From: Chiloscyllium plagiosum
Taxonomy: Eukaryota
DNA: 64,000 bases
Direction of reading: 5' to 3'
Assembly: GCF_004010195.1 (NCBI RefSeq)
Contig: NC_057719.1
Location: 95,193,672-95,257,671, forward strand
Positions 63,027 to 64,000 of this stretch are shown in pieces. The translations under genes were made by a program, and so were the position numbers. The first letter of the stretch is position 1. Every line of letters starts with the position of its first letter. The notes beneath the pieces are model-generated. The model ran no database searches. It saw only the letters and a list, made by a program, of their open reading frames with translations, and had not been told where the DNA came from.

Positions 63027-64000
63027 ATTATCTCCCATTTATTAGGATAGCTGGAACTTAAATAGCTCTCCATTATTACTCATAACATCTTAAGTTACTG
63101 TCACTAATTATCATACATGCCCATTGCAAAACAAGGTTGCTTCCCATGTTGCAAACTTCATTAACAAATAATCCTTTCTACCAATGACCTTATAGAATAA
63201 CATATAAAATATAGCATGTGCCATTTGTTTCTTTCCAGTCAGGTATGCCAGTTCTTGAAAATCTCAAACTCGATAGGGATAAGGCTCGTATTATGTCAAC
63301 TGGGATCAAGTTTCTTTTTCTGTAATTCCAGAAGTACTTTTACACAGAGCTGAAAGGTTCCTCCCCATCACCAATTCACGGTGTGTTTTTCTTGTTTTTA
63401 ACTATTAACTGTCACCAGTAAATCACCCGTATAGCCACATGGATATTTACATGTAAAGTCCATTTTGGAGTTTATTCAAAAAAATAATTATTTACTATTG
63501 GGAAAGCTATTTTCCTACTCAGAGATGTTAATCCACATCTCTGGAGGGATTTGAACTCAGGTCTCTGGGTAGGGACACTTCCTCTGTGCCACAAGACGAC
63601 CCTTAGGGGTGTCCTTTTTTCTGGGCCTCCTGGTCCATGAGTATGGACACTATCACCACAAGAGGGTATTGGAGTTATTTCTGTTTTCCCCTGCGAAGTG
63701 GAAACACCCATTACAATTTGGCTTCTTTTTTTTTGTCCAATCCAGTGAATGTTGTTTACCTTTCAGAGGTGTTGAGCAGTGTGAGGGATGTAACATGTTT
63801 GTGCAATGTGACTGCAGTACATTGACTGTCTGAAGAAGGTAACTATCGAATTCGGACGTGTGTATGTGTATCATCCTTGGATAAAGGTTCCATGTTACTG
63901 CACATAATCTGAGAGTTCAGTGGGACATACATGGGGCATAGTAGTAGCTATCTCAAAGATTAAGAAAATACAGTAATGAAAAGATTCTGAGGCAGGTGTA

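Overview
This is a repeat-dense, apparently intergenic or intronic window from a cartilaginous fish, probably a shark. That is inferred from the HE1-type V-SINE, the abundant CR1 LINEs and the short Penelope-derived repeats. I could not support any host protein-coding exon. Main content: (i) a Gmr1-like Gypsy provirus with both LTRs (54304-59520; 4-bp TSD; SCAN-like gag; integrase before RT), nested inside a large inverted-duplicated Penelope-like element (~52949-62566) that also carries a CR1 insertion; (ii) an older Gmr1-like pol remnant (~11.8-14.1 kb), a related solo LTR (30460-31102) and other decayed Gypsy, CR1, L2 and RTE fragments; (iii) a ~4.2-kb 10-bp satellite; (iv) a 5S rRNA-derived relic; (v) two CpG-rich unique islands; (vi) three assembly gaps. 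The most striking signal is a set of at least three families of short (~100-250 bp), often palindromic, non-coding insertions. They have 11-15-bp target-site duplications and carry minimal type I hammerhead ribozyme cores. One 105-bp family has a compensatory U3-A8 core (UUGACAA instead of CUGANGA), seen in two independent copies.
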